This document shows positions 8,356-18,609 of a DNA stretch of 64,000 nt, one piece after another. The DNA is from Candidatus Uhrbacteria bacterium CG10_big_fil_rev_8_21_14_0_10_48_11 (GTDB lineage: Bacteria; Patescibacteriota; Patescibacteriia; GWA2-46-9): the NCBI GenBank assembly GCA_002793855.1, contig PFET01000009.1, positions 21,749 to 85,748 of the forward strand, written 5' to 3'. A model generated the notes under the pieces. That model searched no databases, had not been told where the DNA came from, and saw nothing but the letters and a program-made list of their open reading frames with translations. The translations under genes and the position numbers were made by a program. Position 1 is the first letter of the stretch. The number at the start of each line of letters is the position of its first letter.

Positions 8356-10992
8356 ATGACAAACTTTACCACAAAATCGCAGGAAGCCATGCAGCGCGCC
8401 TATCGTTTAGCATCAGAGCGCCAGCACCAACAAATCGAACCGCTTCATCTTTTTGCGGCACTTTTGAGCCAAGATGAAGGGATTGTACCACCAGTACTTA
8501 AACAACTCGAGGTTCCAACCCTTGCTCTTAAGGAAACGGTGCATGGTGAACTTGAGAAAATACCCAAAGTCGGTGATGGCGGCGTTGCTCAACTCTATCT
8601 AAGCCAGCAGATGGCAGAGGTAATGAAGCGCGCTGACGAAGAAGCGACTCACCTTAAAGATGACTATATTAGTACTGAGCATTTCTTTTTGGCATTGACT
8701 GAGGTACCCAGCACTGCTGCTTCCACCCTTAAAAATTATGGCGTTACCTACGATGCCGTACTTAAAGTATTGGTAGATGTGCGAGGCAACCAACGCGTTT
8801 CCGACGCAGAACCTGAGTCTAAATTTCAGGCGCTTGAAAAATATTCTAAGAATCTGACCTCTCTGGCTCGCGCAAATAAGCTTGATCCGGTTATTGGACG
8901 GGACGACGAAATACGGCGCGTTATGCAGGTGCTTAGTCGCAGAACAAAAAATAACCCGGTTCTTATTGGTGAGGCAGGTACCGGAAAAACCGCCATCGCA
9001 GAAGGTCTTGCGCAACGAATTGCGGCGGGAGACATACCGGAATCACTGGCCGACAAAGATCTTGTCGCGCTCGATATTGGCTCTATGCTTGCGGGAGCAA
9101 AATTTCGTGGAGAGTTTGAAGATCGCCTCAAAGCCGTACTAAAAGAAATTGATGCTTCGTCCGGTAAAATTATTTTGTTCATTGACGAACTGCATACCTT
9201 GATTGGTGCTGGTGGTGCTGAAGGTGCAATCGATGCCGCCAATATGCTTAAACCTGCTTTGGCTAGAGGTGAGCTGCACGCTATTGGCGCTACTACGCTA
9301 CAAGAGTACCAACGACACATCGAAAAAGATCCGGCACTAGAACGTCGGTTTCAACCAGTCTATGTAGGTGAACCAACCCTTGAAGACACGGTGGCTATTT
9401 TGCGCGGCATCAAAGAGCGTTACGAAGTTCACCATGGGGTTCGCATTACAGACGCTGCGGTTGTTGCGGCAGCGGAACTTTCCCAGCGTTATATCACTGA
9501 CCGCTTTCTTCCTGATAAAGCAATTGACCTTATTGACGAAGCCGCTTCGGCCTTGCGAATGGAAATTGACAGCCTGCCAACCGAACTTGATAAACTAGAG
9601 CGTCGCATTAGGCAACTTGAAATTGAAAAGCAAGCTTTAAAAAAAGAAACTGATCAGGCTTCAAAAGAACGTCTAGAGAAATTAGAGCAAGAACTTTCAG
9701 GCAGCAAAGAAAAGGCTGACCAGCTTTCTGTTCACTGGAAAAATGAAAAAGAAATTATCAGTCGCATACGAACAGCAAAGAAACAAATTGATGAGCTACG
9801 GCAAACATCCGATATTTTTGAACGCGGATCTGATTTTCAAAAAGTTGCGGAGATTAGATATGGTAAAATACCCGATCTTGAAAAAGAAGTTTCAGCGCAA
9901 GAAAAAAAATTGGTAGCCATGCAAAAAGAAACTGGCCAACGTATTCTGACGGAGGAAATTACACCAGAAGATATTGCCCGCGTTGTTGCCCGCTGGACAG
10001 GTATACCGGTAGAAAAAATGCTCGAAGAAGAGAGCGCCAAGCTTGCCCGCGCCGAAGAGGAGCTCGAAAAACGTGTCGTTGGCCAACAAAAGGCAATAAG
10101 CTCAGTTGCCAACGCTCTCAGACGTTCGCGTGCAGGCATTGCGGAAGAAGGGCGTCCTATTGGGAGCTTCCTCTTTGTTGGTCCAACTGGCGTCGGTAAA
10201 ACTGAACTTGCCAGAGCGCTTGCTTCTTTTATGTTTAATGACGAACAGGCAATGGTACGAGTCGATATGTCCGAGTATATGGAACGACACAGTACGGCTA
10301 AGTTCATCGGCTCCCCTCCCGGGTACGTCGGGTACGAAGAAGGCGGCCAGCTTACTGAAAAAATTCGCCGGCGGCCGTATTCTGTTGTACTGTTTGATGA
10401 AATCGAAAAAGCGCACCCAGACATTTTTAACCTGCTTTTACAAATCTTAGAAGACGGTCGTTTGACAGACGCCAAAGGACGGGTCGCAAGCTTCAAAAAT
10501 GCCATCATTGTGATGACCTCAAACCTTGGTAACGAAATAATTCAAGAATACTCACTGGGATTTGCGGATGACGAAAAGCAGGCGCAGGAAAAAGAGGAAG
10601 AGATGGACACGCGCGTTCTTGGGGTAATAAAGAAAACAATGAAGCCGGAGTTTATTAACCGCATTGACGACATCATAGTATTCAGACACCTGACTAAGCG
10701 TGATTTGGATACTATTGTTGATCTTCAACTTTCACTGGTTTCTAAACGACTTGAGACAAAACATATATCGCTTGACGTTAGCGACAAGGCAAAAAAGTTT
10801 CTCATCCGTGCCGGCTACAGTACAGAGTATGGCGCGCGACCACTCAAGCGAACAATTCAGACGCTAATTCTCGACCCGCTAGCAAAGAAAATTGTTGAGG
10901 GAAAAATTACCTCCGCCACTACTGTAACCATCGATAGCGACGGCAAAAAAATAAGCCTAAAAACAAAACAAGCTAACAAAAAATCAAACTAG
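8356..10992 (+). CDS. clpB: Chaperone ClpB, a class-1 AAA+ disaggregase.
   Basis: It has a Clp-N domain and two AAA modules (GEAGTGKT and GPTGVGKT Walker A). A long coiled-coil middle domain sits between them. The C-terminal D2-small domain is present. Confidence 0.95.
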   Translation: MTNFTTKSQEAMQRAYRLASERQHQQIEPLHLFAALLSQDEGIVPPVLKQLEVPTLALKETVHGELEKIPKVGDGGVAQLYLSQQMAEVMKRADEEATHLKDDYISTEHFFLALTEVPSTAASTLKNYGVTYDAVLKVLVDVRGNQRVSDAEPESKFQALEKYSKNLTSLARANKLDPVIGRDDEIRRVMQVLSRRTKNNPVLIGEAGTGKTAIAEGLAQRIAAGDIPESLADKDLVALDIGSMLAGAKFRGEFEDRLKAVLKEIDASSGKIILFIDELHTLIGAGGAEGAIDAANMLKPALARGELHAIGATTLQEYQRHIEKDPALERRFQPVYVGEPTLEDTVAILRGIKERYEVHHGVRITDAAVVAAAELSQRYITDRFLPDKAIDLIDEAASALRMEIDSLPTELDKLERRIRQLEIEKQALKKETDQASKERLEKLEQELSGSKEKADQLSVHWKNEKEIISRIRTAKKQIDELRQTSDIFERGSDFQKVAEIRYGKIPDLEKEVSAQEKKLVAMQKETGQRILTEEITPEDIARVVARWTGIPVEKMLEEESAKLARAEEELEKRVVGQQKAISSVANALRRSRAGIAEEGRPIGSFLFVGPTGVGKTELARALASFMFNDEQAMVRVDMSEYMERHSTAKFIGSPPGYVGYEEGGQLTEKIRRRPYSVVLFDEIEKAHPDIFNLLLQILEDGRLTDAKGRVASFKNAIIVMTSNLGNEIIQEYSLGFADDEKQAQEKEEEMDTRVLGVIKKTMKPEFINRIDDIIVFRHLTKRDLDTIVDLQLSLVSKRLETKHISLDVSDKAKKFLIRAGYSTEYGARPLKRTIQTLILDPLAKKIVEGKITSATTVTIDSDGKKISLKTKQANKKSN

Positions 10993-11718
10993 GTCTTTCG
11001 TCGCCTGACTACCCTCGCTAACTTCTGATATGGTGCCAGGCATCCAAAGAAGCCCATAATAAAGCAGAATGATGCCGGCGACCATGGCGGTAGCGCCTAA
11101 CACAATCCTCTCAACAAAAATGATTTTTGGGACAATCAAAATTGAAAGCGCTGAAAGCATTAAAGAAAACATCCCCGCAGCAAGATAGGCGGACCGACGA
11201 AAAACCACCATGTCGCTACGTCCCCTGTAACCGAGATAGAGAAAGGTTAGAGTAAAGGTAAGCGTGGTAGTACCAGCGACTACTCCAGTATAGCTACGCA
11301 GCCACTGCTCATACTGAGGCCACCAAAACACGTAAGGTCCAACCACTTCTCGTACGCTCGGTGAAGGATTAAGAAGCAGCCCAATAAAAAAAACGAGTCC
11401 AGCTGTGGCGAGAATAATTCCCGAAATAACGCCCCACTCCCTGCGGTCTAAAAAAATAAACGGTATCTGGATAAGAAGGACGCAAGAGACGTAAATAAAG
11501 AGATTTCCTATTGCGTCAATAACGGCGTTACCTACTCCGCTGGCAACAATGCCACCAAGCGCATAATTTAAAAACATAATCGTTACAACGGCAAACCATG
11601 CACCAAAATACCAAAGGGCTTCGTTTTTTCTCTGACGGTAAAGCGAAAAGACGCGCGTCGTTGCTCCAAGGGAAACGAGCGCGCTAATGAAACTAGCTAT
11701 GGGGATAATTGGAATCAT
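10984..11718 (-). CDS. Polytopic membrane protein of unknown function.
   Basis: It has about seven hydrophobic helices and no recognisable motif. The start is taken at MIPIIPIAS. It overlaps the clpB stop by 9 nt in the convergent direction. Confidence 0.4.
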   Translation of the reverse strand: MIPIIPIASFISALVSLGATTRVFSLYRQRKNEALWYFGAWFAVVTIMFLNYALGGIVASGVGNAVIDAIGNLFIYVSCVLLIQIPFIFLDRREWGVISGIILATAGLVFFIGLLLNPSPSVREVVGPYVFWWPQYEQWLRSYTGVVAGTTTLTFTLTFLYLGYRGRSDMVVFRRSAYLAAGMFSLMLSALSILIVPKIIFVERIVLGATAMVAGIILLYYGLLWMPGTISEVSEGSQATKDLV

Positions 11719-11807
11719 GTCTGCTACAGTATAGCACACCAGTTTGAGCTACCAAAAAAACAACGCCTTTTCTGTATACGTTTTGCGAAGGTTGCTATAC
11801 TAATCTT

Positions 11808-13658
11808 ATGAAATATCTTCTTGTTACGCCGAGGATACATTTACCCCGAGGTGTTCGCCAGTCTTATACCTATACCCTGTCAAATGCTAATACTGAGACC
11901 GTTGGGACCGGTACTCTTTGCGTTGTTCAATTCCGTTCGAGGAACGTAATAGGCATGGTTGAAGAGGTAGTGCGGCAACCCCTTAATGCTAAAAAGTTAA
12001 AATCAGTTACCACCATACTCCCCTACCCTCCGCTATCCGACACACAATTGTCGCTGCTCAATGAGCTTGCCCGAAGGTATGCAGCAACAAGAACTCAAGC
12101 AGTGCGAACAGTAGTACCTGACTTTCCGTTGCGCTTTATTCCGTCTGTTGAAAAAAGGACGGTAAGACGTAAATCTATAAAAGTAAAAAATATATCCAAG
12201 CTTTATCGTTATCTCACAAAAGCCAAGGGATCGCTCGTCATTACCGGCCGTGAAATGAACCCTACCGATAAAGCCATCGCTGACTATATTGTTACCCAAG
12301 CAAACAAAGGACAAGTACTTTGTTTATTTCCTGACCGCTACTCGCTAGAATGGGCTCTTCACCACTTTAGTGCGCAGCAAAATAGACGACCTAGTATTTA
12401 CCATGCAGGACTTTCTAAATCTACCCTAGCAACCACGTGGAAAAAAATTGCAACTGGAGAAGCGCAAATTATTTTTGGTACCCGTACAGCACTTTTTGCT
12501 CCTTTTGCCTCGCTCTGCTCTATTCTAGCTTTTAATGCCAGCGACGACAGCTACCGCTCCTGGGACATGCAGCCGCACTATGACGCCAGGGAGCTTGCAA
12601 TGGTTGTTGCAAAAAATAAAATGCCAAACTTTCTTTTTGCGGTGTTGCCATCATTCAGTATAACCGCGGGAGTTCCGCTTGTTCGCGTTCCTGCCACTAC
12701 CTTACCAAAACGCGTTGCTTTTGATCGCCGCGCTCTACCATACACGGAACGAAAAAAAATATTACCCGAAGAACTTATAAAAAAGATAGCTGCTGAAGAT
12801 AAACCTGTGCTTGTTTTTGCCAACAAACGTGGTTACGCTGCTCTTGTCTGTAGAGATTGCGGTTACCTGCCACGGTGCGAAAGTTGCGATCGAGCGCTCG
12901 TTTTAAAGTCTAAAAAAACAATAGCGACACTGCACTGTGAACGATGCAACGTAAACATTTCTACGCCAGAAACTTGCCCAGAGTGTACGGGGGCAAGTTT
13001 TCACTTTGTGGGAGCAGGAGTAGAAAGAATTGCGGAAGCCATTAAGAATGCCTTTCCTACTAAAACGGTACAAATCCTAAGTGCTAGCAATAAACAAAAC
13101 GTTATTCTTGCCAGTACTCTTGAAAATATACGACGGGATACCGTCGATATCATCGTGGCGACTGCTGTTATTTTGCCACGACTTTGGACCGTGCCAACGT
13201 TTGACCTTACTATTGTACTCGGTGCCGAGGGACTTTTTTTGCAGACTGATTGGCAGGCAAGTGAACGTGTTCTGGCTACCCTCGAGCAGCTAAGCGCACA
13301 TACCAGCGGCGAACTTATGGTCGACACCTACGGAAATGAAGACCCTGCGCTCAAAGCGTTTCTGGCAGGAACGACTGCTGATTTTTATAAACAAGAAATT
13401 AAACTGAGAAAGAAATTTAACTACCCGCCGTATGGAACGATTCTTACCCTGAGTGGTACTAGTAAAGAGCTAGACACACTCGCGGCAGTACTAAAAAAGG
13501 GCCAACTGGCAATCATAGAAATTATTTTACAACGCGAGGTCGGGGGCGCTATCAAAATGATAATACTTAAAGTAAGTAAAGAGGCTAGCCTTAAACCGCT
13601 TTTTGCTCTGCTGACCAGCGCCATTAAAGTTGACGTCAATCCAACAACGCTGTTATAG
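11808..13658 (+). CDS. priA: Primosomal protein N' (PriA) homologue with degenerate Walker A and B motifs.
   Basis: It has an N-terminal 3'-DNA-binding-domain-like segment and a helicase core alignable to PriA (IIFGTRTALFAPF, PHYDARE). The cysteine-rich zinc region is CRDCGYLPRCESCDRALV...LHCERCN....CPEC. GxTGSGKT is replaced by ITGREMNPTDK, and DEEHD by NASDD. Confidence 0.75.
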   Translation: MKYLLVTPRIHLPRGVRQSYTYTLSNANTETVGTGTLCVVQFRSRNVIGMVEEVVRQPLNAKKLKSVTTILPYPPLSDTQLSLLNELARRYAATRTQAVRTVVPDFPLRFIPSVEKRTVRRKSIKVKNISKLYRYLTKAKGSLVITGREMNPTDKAIADYIVTQANKGQVLCLFPDRYSLEWALHHFSAQQNRRPSIYHAGLSKSTLATTWKKIATGEAQIIFGTRTALFAPFASLCSILAFNASDDSYRSWDMQPHYDARELAMVVAKNKMPNFLFAVLPSFSITAGVPLVRVPATTLPKRVAFDRRALPYTERKKILPEELIKKIAAEDKPVLVFANKRGYAALVCRDCGYLPRCESCDRALVLKSKKTIATLHCERCNVNISTPETCPECTGASFHFVGAGVERIAEAIKNAFPTKTVQILSASNKQNVILASTLENIRRDTVDIIVATAVILPRLWTVPTFDLTIVLGAEGLFLQTDWQASERVLATLEQLSAHTSGELMVDTYGNEDPALKAFLAGTTADFYKQEIKLRKKFNYPPYGTILTLSGTSKELDTLAAVLKKGQLAIIEIILQREVGGAIKMIILKVSKEASLKPLFALLTSAIKVDVNPTTLL

Positions 13659-13665
13659 TCGGCCT

Positions 13666-14136
13666 ATGGCAACTATTTTACCATTGGTAACGCTCCCAGA
13701 CGAACGATTACACCAGCCGTCTGAAAAAGTGAGTCTTGCAGGGCTACAGCAACCAAGAATACAGACACTAATAGATGACATGATTGCGACCATGTGGAAG
13801 GCCGATGGTGTTGGTATTGCTGCGGTTCAGATTGGTAAACAGTTGCGTCTGGTTATTATTACCGACGGTGATACGCCAATAGAGCTTATTAATCCAAAAA
13901 TTTTATACCGTTCGCTTTCAAAAGACTCAATGGAGGAAGGCTGCCTTTCAGTTCCTGGTTTCTACGGTCCGGTGCGCCGCCCTAGAAGCGTCTACGCCCG
14001 TGCCTACAATCGACACGGAAAAAAGATAAGCATTAAGGCTACTGGTTTCATTGCTCGTATTATTCAACACGAAGTTGATCACACGAACGGTATCTTATTT
14101 GTTGACCGTGCGGATAGGGTGCTTCCAAACGAATAG
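13666..14136 (+). CDS. def: Peptide deformylase.
   Basis: Motifs GIGIAAVQIG, EGCLSVPG and QHEVDH are present. The start is taken at MATILPLVTLPDERL. Confidence 0.85.
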   Translation: MATILPLVTLPDERLHQPSEKVSLAGLQQPRIQTLIDDMIATMWKADGVGIAAVQIGKQLRLVIITDGDTPIELINPKILYRSLSKDSMEEGCLSVPGFYGPVRRPRSVYARAYNRHGKKISIKATGFIARIIQHEVDHTNGILFVDRADRVLPNE

Positions 14137-14144
14137 TTATTACT

Positions 14145-15062
14145 ATGGTGAAACCACGCGTTCTCTTCGTGGGAACAGGTTTTTTTGCCGCGACAATACT
14201 TGAGGCGCTTTTTGACACTAGCACGCTAGTCGGCGCAGTTACGCAACCACCTCGACCGCAAGGAAAAAATAAAGAACGACTAGACAACCCAGTCGCCGTT
14301 GTTGCCAAAGAAAAGAACGTGCCGTTACTAACGCCGGATAAAATTGGAACGAGTTTTGAAGTGCTAGAAGCGCTAACACCCGACGTTCTTGTTGTTGCAG
14401 ACTATGGTCAAATCATACCCGAGCGCATACTGCTTTTGCCCCCGCACGGGGCGCTGAACCTTCACCCTTCGCTGCTGCCAAGGCATCGTGGCGCTACACC
14501 AATTGAGTCTGCAATTTTAGAAGGAGACGATATAACCGGGGTTACCTTAATGGTTATGGATAGCAAAATGGATCACGGCCCCGTTGTTGCAGTCATAGAG
14601 CATAAACTTAGCGGTAACGAAACAGTGCTAGAACTTGAAGCGGTACTCGCGAGCAAAGCAGCAGCGCTACTTACTTCTACCTTACCAAACTACCTTGAGG
14701 GTACTGTTACCCCCCACGCCCAAGAACATAGCAAGGCAACTTTTTGTAAAATGCTTACCCGCGAGAAAGGCTACATTGACGGCAGCACAACGGTTTTGCA
14801 AGCGCTCAGAATGTACAGGGCGTACCAACCATGGCCAGGGATATGGACAACGGTAACAGTGAATAACAAACCCAAACGATTAAAGCTCCTTAAGGTAAAA
14901 GAGTGGAAAGATTTCTTACCAGAAGATACTAATGTGCTATTTAGAAATGACGACAAACTTGGTTTAAAACTTGCCGACGGCGCGCTGATAATTGAAGAAG
15001 CACAACTTGAAGGCAAAAAAGTGCAGCCAGCAAAAGACCTCATTAACGGACTCAGAGTTTAA
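14145..15062 (+). CDS. fmt: Methionyl-tRNA formyltransferase.
   Basis: The formyltransferase core LNLHPSLLPRHRGATPIESAIL is present, followed by a C-terminal Fmt domain. The def-fmt pair is the usual one. Confidence 0.85.
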   Translation: MVKPRVLFVGTGFFAATILEALFDTSTLVGAVTQPPRPQGKNKERLDNPVAVVAKEKNVPLLTPDKIGTSFEVLEALTPDVLVVADYGQIIPERILLLPPHGALNLHPSLLPRHRGATPIESAILEGDDITGVTLMVMDSKMDHGPVVAVIEHKLSGNETVLELEAVLASKAAALLTSTLPNYLEGTVTPHAQEHSKATFCKMLTREKGYIDGSTTVLQALRMYRAYQPWPGIWTTVTVNNKPKRLKLLKVKEWKDFLPEDTNVLFRNDDKLGLKLADGALIIEEAQLEGKKVQPAKDLINGLRV

Positions 15063-15070
15063 GACGTTAA

Positions 15071-15110
15071 AGGAAAAGGGCCGCGCAACGTATAGAACGC
15101 GCGCGGCCCC
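15071..15110 (-). terminator. Intrinsic terminator hairpin between the convergent fmt and the LysM gene. Its U-tract is on the minus strand.
   Basis: GGGCCGCGC (15078-15086) pairs with GCGCGGCCC (15102-15110). The minus-strand continuation is TTTTCCTTT. Confidence 0.45.
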
Positions 15111-15128
15111 TTCGATACTGCGTCATCC

Positions 15129-15473
15129 CTACTCCGGCGACCTTGCCAGCCAGAGAGGGAGGTCAATTTCTTCGCCCGGACGCAACGAGTGCATCCAGGC
15201 ATCCGGACGACTGTCATTACAGAAGTACCCCTTGGTGCGCCGAATACCAGCGCAGGTATGGACATACTCCTCTTCGAGATAGCTGCTCAGCAGCAGCACA
15301 TCTTTGACAGTCAACCGGTGCGACCGTGCGATACTCCAAAGCGTGTCACCACACTGTACGACGTATCGTTCGATTTCGGAGTTGCTCTCCGACTCTACTT
15401 TGGCGCTTGCGCCAAAGTCACAGCCAGAAGCAAAACACGAAACCATACAAACCAACAGAACCCTCCGCCACAT
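15129..15473 (-). CDS. LysM-domain lipoprotein.
   Basis: A lipobox CFASGC follows a hydrophobic signal. The LysM motif is YVVQCGDTLWSIARSHRLTVKDVLLL. Confidence 0.6.
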   Translation of the reverse strand: MWRRVLLVCMVSCFASGCDFGASAKVESESNSEIERYVVQCGDTLWSIARSHRLTVKDVLLLSSYLEEEYVHTCAGIRRTKGYFCNDSRPDAWMHSLRPGEEIDLPLWLARSPE

Positions 15474-15512
15474 CACCACTACCTCCGTTGTTCCGCCCAA
15501 AAAACGTCGGCT

Positions 15513-17015
15513 CTACCTCGGAACATTAGGCAAAGTCGAACCCATGTTTATAGCACGATTTTCGCTCCCCGTCAACCCGGGTGCGTAAAATAGCAATGCA
15601 AGTAACACAAGCCCTATACCAAGCGGATGATTTAAATACGGACTCCCTATGTTTACCATCAAAACTGCAAGAACACCAAAAAGTAAGCCGAGCTCTGTAA
15701 CTTTTTTTTGGTATCCCCAATAGATAATGCAACTAATTAGTAGCCCATAGGAAGCAATCCCAAGAAGTCCAAGTTTTAACCACATATCAAGGTAACCCCA
15801 CTCAAAAGCGGTTGTTATGTATAGTCCGCTACTGTTTTCCTCGCGCACGCGAGGATCGTTACTAATGTAGGTTACGCTACTACCAAAACCGTTGCCGATA
15901 AACTGATGTTTTTCTATTTGTTTCCATAGGGGCGAAAGCTCATTCCATCGACTTGACGCTGCCGCGTCGCTCGCTGTTAAACGCTCGTCAAGCGAAAACT
16001 TAGCTCCTGACGGCGTACCAGGAAAGGGTACGGCAACGACAGCTACAACGACAAGGTATCCTATTAGTACGGACAACGCCGAGAAACCAACCGATCGAAT
16101 TGCCTCTACCATGCGTCGACTAGCTAGCAACCACACTACGGCTAACATAAGTACACCAACCCACCCAAGCCAAAAGCTTCTTGAATAACTAACGATAAGC
16201 GCAGCCGCCAAAAAGCTGACATAAAGTACAGCTTTGCCATAATGCCAAACTGGTCGATGCACGTGCGAGAGCACCGCATAAATCCATACCACCAATAGGT
16301 AGATCTGGCTTTGTATAAAGATGCGATAAAGCCCTGTACCGAGTGGGGTAAACTCCCCTATCTTACTGTCTCTCAGCCACATGTAAATATCTGGCACGAA
16401 ATACTGAAAATAGGAATGGGTGAATACGTAAAATAACAATACTGTTTTTACGGCAAGATAACCGGCGGCAACAAACAAGAGATGAACACAGTCTTTGAAA
16501 AAATCTTTATCCGCGATGACCACTAACAGTGGTACGACAAGCGCAAAGTAAAGGTAAGCATTAGCGTCAAAAAAAACGGCCCCAAAGTTTGCCCCAGAAA
16601 GTACCCCGCGAACAAACGCCAACCCAATAAAGAAAGCGAGTGGACCCATTACCGCCAACAATGCTTTACCTGAAGGCTTACTTAATTGTAGACGGAGCTC
16701 TTTTACGTGCAGTACGCTTGCGGCCATAAGCAAAAGATAGAAGGCAATGCGCATAGACACCTGTGTTTCGCCAAGTTGAAGCCAAAGTAGGTATCCGTGT
16801 GACCCCACAAAAAGCTCGGCAAAAGCAACGAGTACCGCATACTTATAGTTCGTCAGCGCAAGGATGACATAGGCAACAAAAAGTATTACAAAAAAAGCGG
16901 TTCGGAATGAAGGCTCAAAATAAGCAAAAAAAGACAGCACGTCAACCAAGACAAAAAGGGGTAGCCAAACTCTTGTTGTCATCTGTTCTGGAAATAGTGC
17001 TCTTGTAATCGTCAT
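15513..17015 (-). CDS. Wzy_C / O-antigen-ligase-family polytopic membrane protein (WaaL/PglL-like).
   Basis: It has about 12 TM helices. An SRSFWLGWVG motif and an HQFIGNGFGS...YITTAFEWGYLDMWLKLGLLG periplasmic-loop region are typical of the O-antigen ligase / O-oligosaccharyltransferase family. It is the last gene of a glycan operon. Confidence 0.5.
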   Translation of the reverse strand: MTITRALFPEQMTTRVWLPLFVLVDVLSFFAYFEPSFRTAFFVILFVAYVILALTNYKYAVLVAFAELFVGSHGYLLWLQLGETQVSMRIAFYLLLMAASVLHVKELRLQLSKPSGKALLAVMGPLAFFIGLAFVRGVLSGANFGAVFFDANAYLYFALVVPLLVVIADKDFFKDCVHLLFVAAGYLAVKTVLLFYVFTHSYFQYFVPDIYMWLRDSKIGEFTPLGTGLYRIFIQSQIYLLVVWIYAVLSHVHRPVWHYGKAVLYVSFLAAALIVSYSRSFWLGWVGVLMLAVVWLLASRRMVEAIRSVGFSALSVLIGYLVVVAVVAVPFPGTPSGAKFSLDERLTASDAAASSRWNELSPLWKQIEKHQFIGNGFGSSVTYISNDPRVREENSSGLYITTAFEWGYLDMWLKLGLLGIASYGLLISCIIYWGYQKKVTELGLLFGVLAVLMVNIGSPYLNHPLGIGLVLLALLFYAPGLTGSENRAINMGSTLPNVPR

Positions 17016-17878
17016 GGTCGAAACGCTTTAGGAATGAAAGTTAATAGTAGGGCCGGCAAAAGCGCAAGATAGCTAGCGGCAGCAACAATAATTTTGCCAA
17101 TACTTCTAAAGTGCTTTCGTGCATATTGCCGAGCGCTTTTAGAAAAAAACCATTGCCGCCAGAGCGGGCTACGCTGACCAAATGAGTGACCGCCGACATG
17201 CCTTGCCGTAGCCCACGGAACAAAAAAAATCAAACTGCCAATCTCTTTTGCACGCTTACAAAAATCTACCTCTTCAAACCAGATAAAAAAACGTTCGTCA
17301 AACCCGTTTAGTGAATCGAAAGTAGTTTTGCGAACAGCAAAGCACGCCCCCATCACCTGATCTACTTCACGTAACGTACTGTAATTAAAACTAGAAAGTA
17401 AATACCGACGCAACGGCAATATTGAGCTAAAAAAATGCTGCACCTTGAGCAAATTTAAGGCGAGCACAAAAACGCTCGGAAACGTGCGGACAGAAGCTTG
17501 AATGCTGTTGTCAACGTTTAGCATTTTAGGGCCAACAACCCCGACAAACGGTTGTGCTCTAAAAAAACGCGTAATACCTTCCAAGCATTGCGGCTGAAGC
17601 ACGGTATCTGGATTTAGAAAAACAAGATACTCGCACTCTTGAAGAACGCTGGCACCTTCGTTGCACGCTTTTGCAAAACCAAGATTCGTAGTATGTAATG
17701 AGAGTTTTATTCTGTTTTGGTACGTTTTGAGTAGCGCTACAGTTCCGTCTTTTGATCCATTATCTACGACCACAACTTCTACACCAGAACCATCCTGTAG
17801 AACGTTTGGAATACTTTCAAGACACGCGGCAATTGTTGCCACAGAATTCCACGTTACTATAACAATACCAATGTTCAT
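17012..17878 (-). CDS. Family 2 glycosyltransferase.
   Basis: IVIVTWNS...VVVVDNGSKDGT and a DXD-like region are present. The 4-nt overlap indicates translational coupling in the operon. Confidence 0.75.
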   Translation of the reverse strand: MNIGIVIVTWNSVATIAACLESIPNVLQDGSGVEVVVVDNGSKDGTVALLKTYQNRIKLSLHTTNLGFAKACNEGASVLQECEYLVFLNPDTVLQPQCLEGITRFFRAQPFVGVVGPKMLNVDNSIQASVRTFPSVFVLALNLLKVQHFFSSILPLRRYLLSSFNYSTLREVDQVMGACFAVRKTTFDSLNGFDERFFIWFEEVDFCKRAKEIGSLIFFVPWATARHVGGHSFGQRSPLWRQWFFSKSARQYARKHFRSIGKIIVAAASYLALLPALLLTFIPKAFRP

Positions 17879-18609
17879 AATGGCAGTTGATGTTTTTCGA
17901 TAATACGCTGTCGAGCGCTAGCGTACGCTCGATACCAACGCGGCGCCCAACCAAAATGCCTAAGCAACCACGCGGACAGCGGGTAGCACAAACGAGGCCG
18001 CCAACTACTTATGCCACGTCTTAGGAATACATTTCTCGCTCTAAAAAGTACGGCATCGACGAATAAACCATAGTGACCCTGCTCTGCCATCGTTAGCCAT
18101 AAATCCCAGTCCTGAAACCGAACCAATGATTCGTCAAAACCGCAATAAGCAGCTCGACGAATAAGCGCACTGGTATGAATATAATTTTGTCGTCTTAGGG
18201 CGGCAACGTCAAACGGTCGTGAGCGAATAAGTTTTCTACCAAACCGATGCGAAGCGTACACGTAAAACGTCTCAGGGTGCGACTGAAGGGCCGTCAGATA
18301 CTTCTCTAGCATTGTGGATTTGGCAATAATATCCGCATCGAGGAAAATGAGGTACTCACCTTTTGCCAACTGCGCCCCAATATTTCTTGCTTTTGGTGCG
18401 CCAGAGTGAGCGATACGCCGATAACTGCACGATAACGATTTAAACCTTGGGTCTATCAGATATTGCTTTACCGCTTCTTCCGTATTGTCGGTCGAACCAT
18501 CATCGATAATGAGCACCTCATCTGGCAAACGAGTTTGCGCTGCCAACGACTCCACGCAACCCTTAAGTGCTTTCGCATGGTTGTAGCTGGGTATAATGAC
18601 GCTAATCAT
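17875..18609 (-). CDS. Family 2 glycosyltransferase.
   Basis: MISVIIPSYNHAKAL...VLIIDDGSTDNT...FLDADII. Confidence 0.75.
   Translation of the reverse strand: MISVIIPSYNHAKALKGCVESLAAQTRLPDEVLIIDDGSTDNTEEAVKQYLIDPRFKSLSCSYRRIAHSGAPKARNIGAQLAKGEYLIFLDADIIAKSTMLEKYLTALQSHPETFYVYASHRFGRKLIRSRPFDVAALRRQNYIHTSALIRRAAYCGFDESLVRFQDWDLWLTMAEQGHYGLFVDAVLFRARNVFLRRGISSWRPRLCYPLSAWLLRHFGWAPRWYRAYASARQRIIEKHQLPL

Noticed and set aside
8599-10508. Several ORFs of 65-223 aa on the minus strand inside clpB, and on both strands inside other large genes (for example 9837-10508, 8826-9320, 24233-24587, 23539-23889).
   Set aside because: They lie antisense to, or out of frame within, strongly supported conserved genes. 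Their translations are low-complexity (Ser/Ala/Arg-rich) with no motifs. This is typical of spurious frames.
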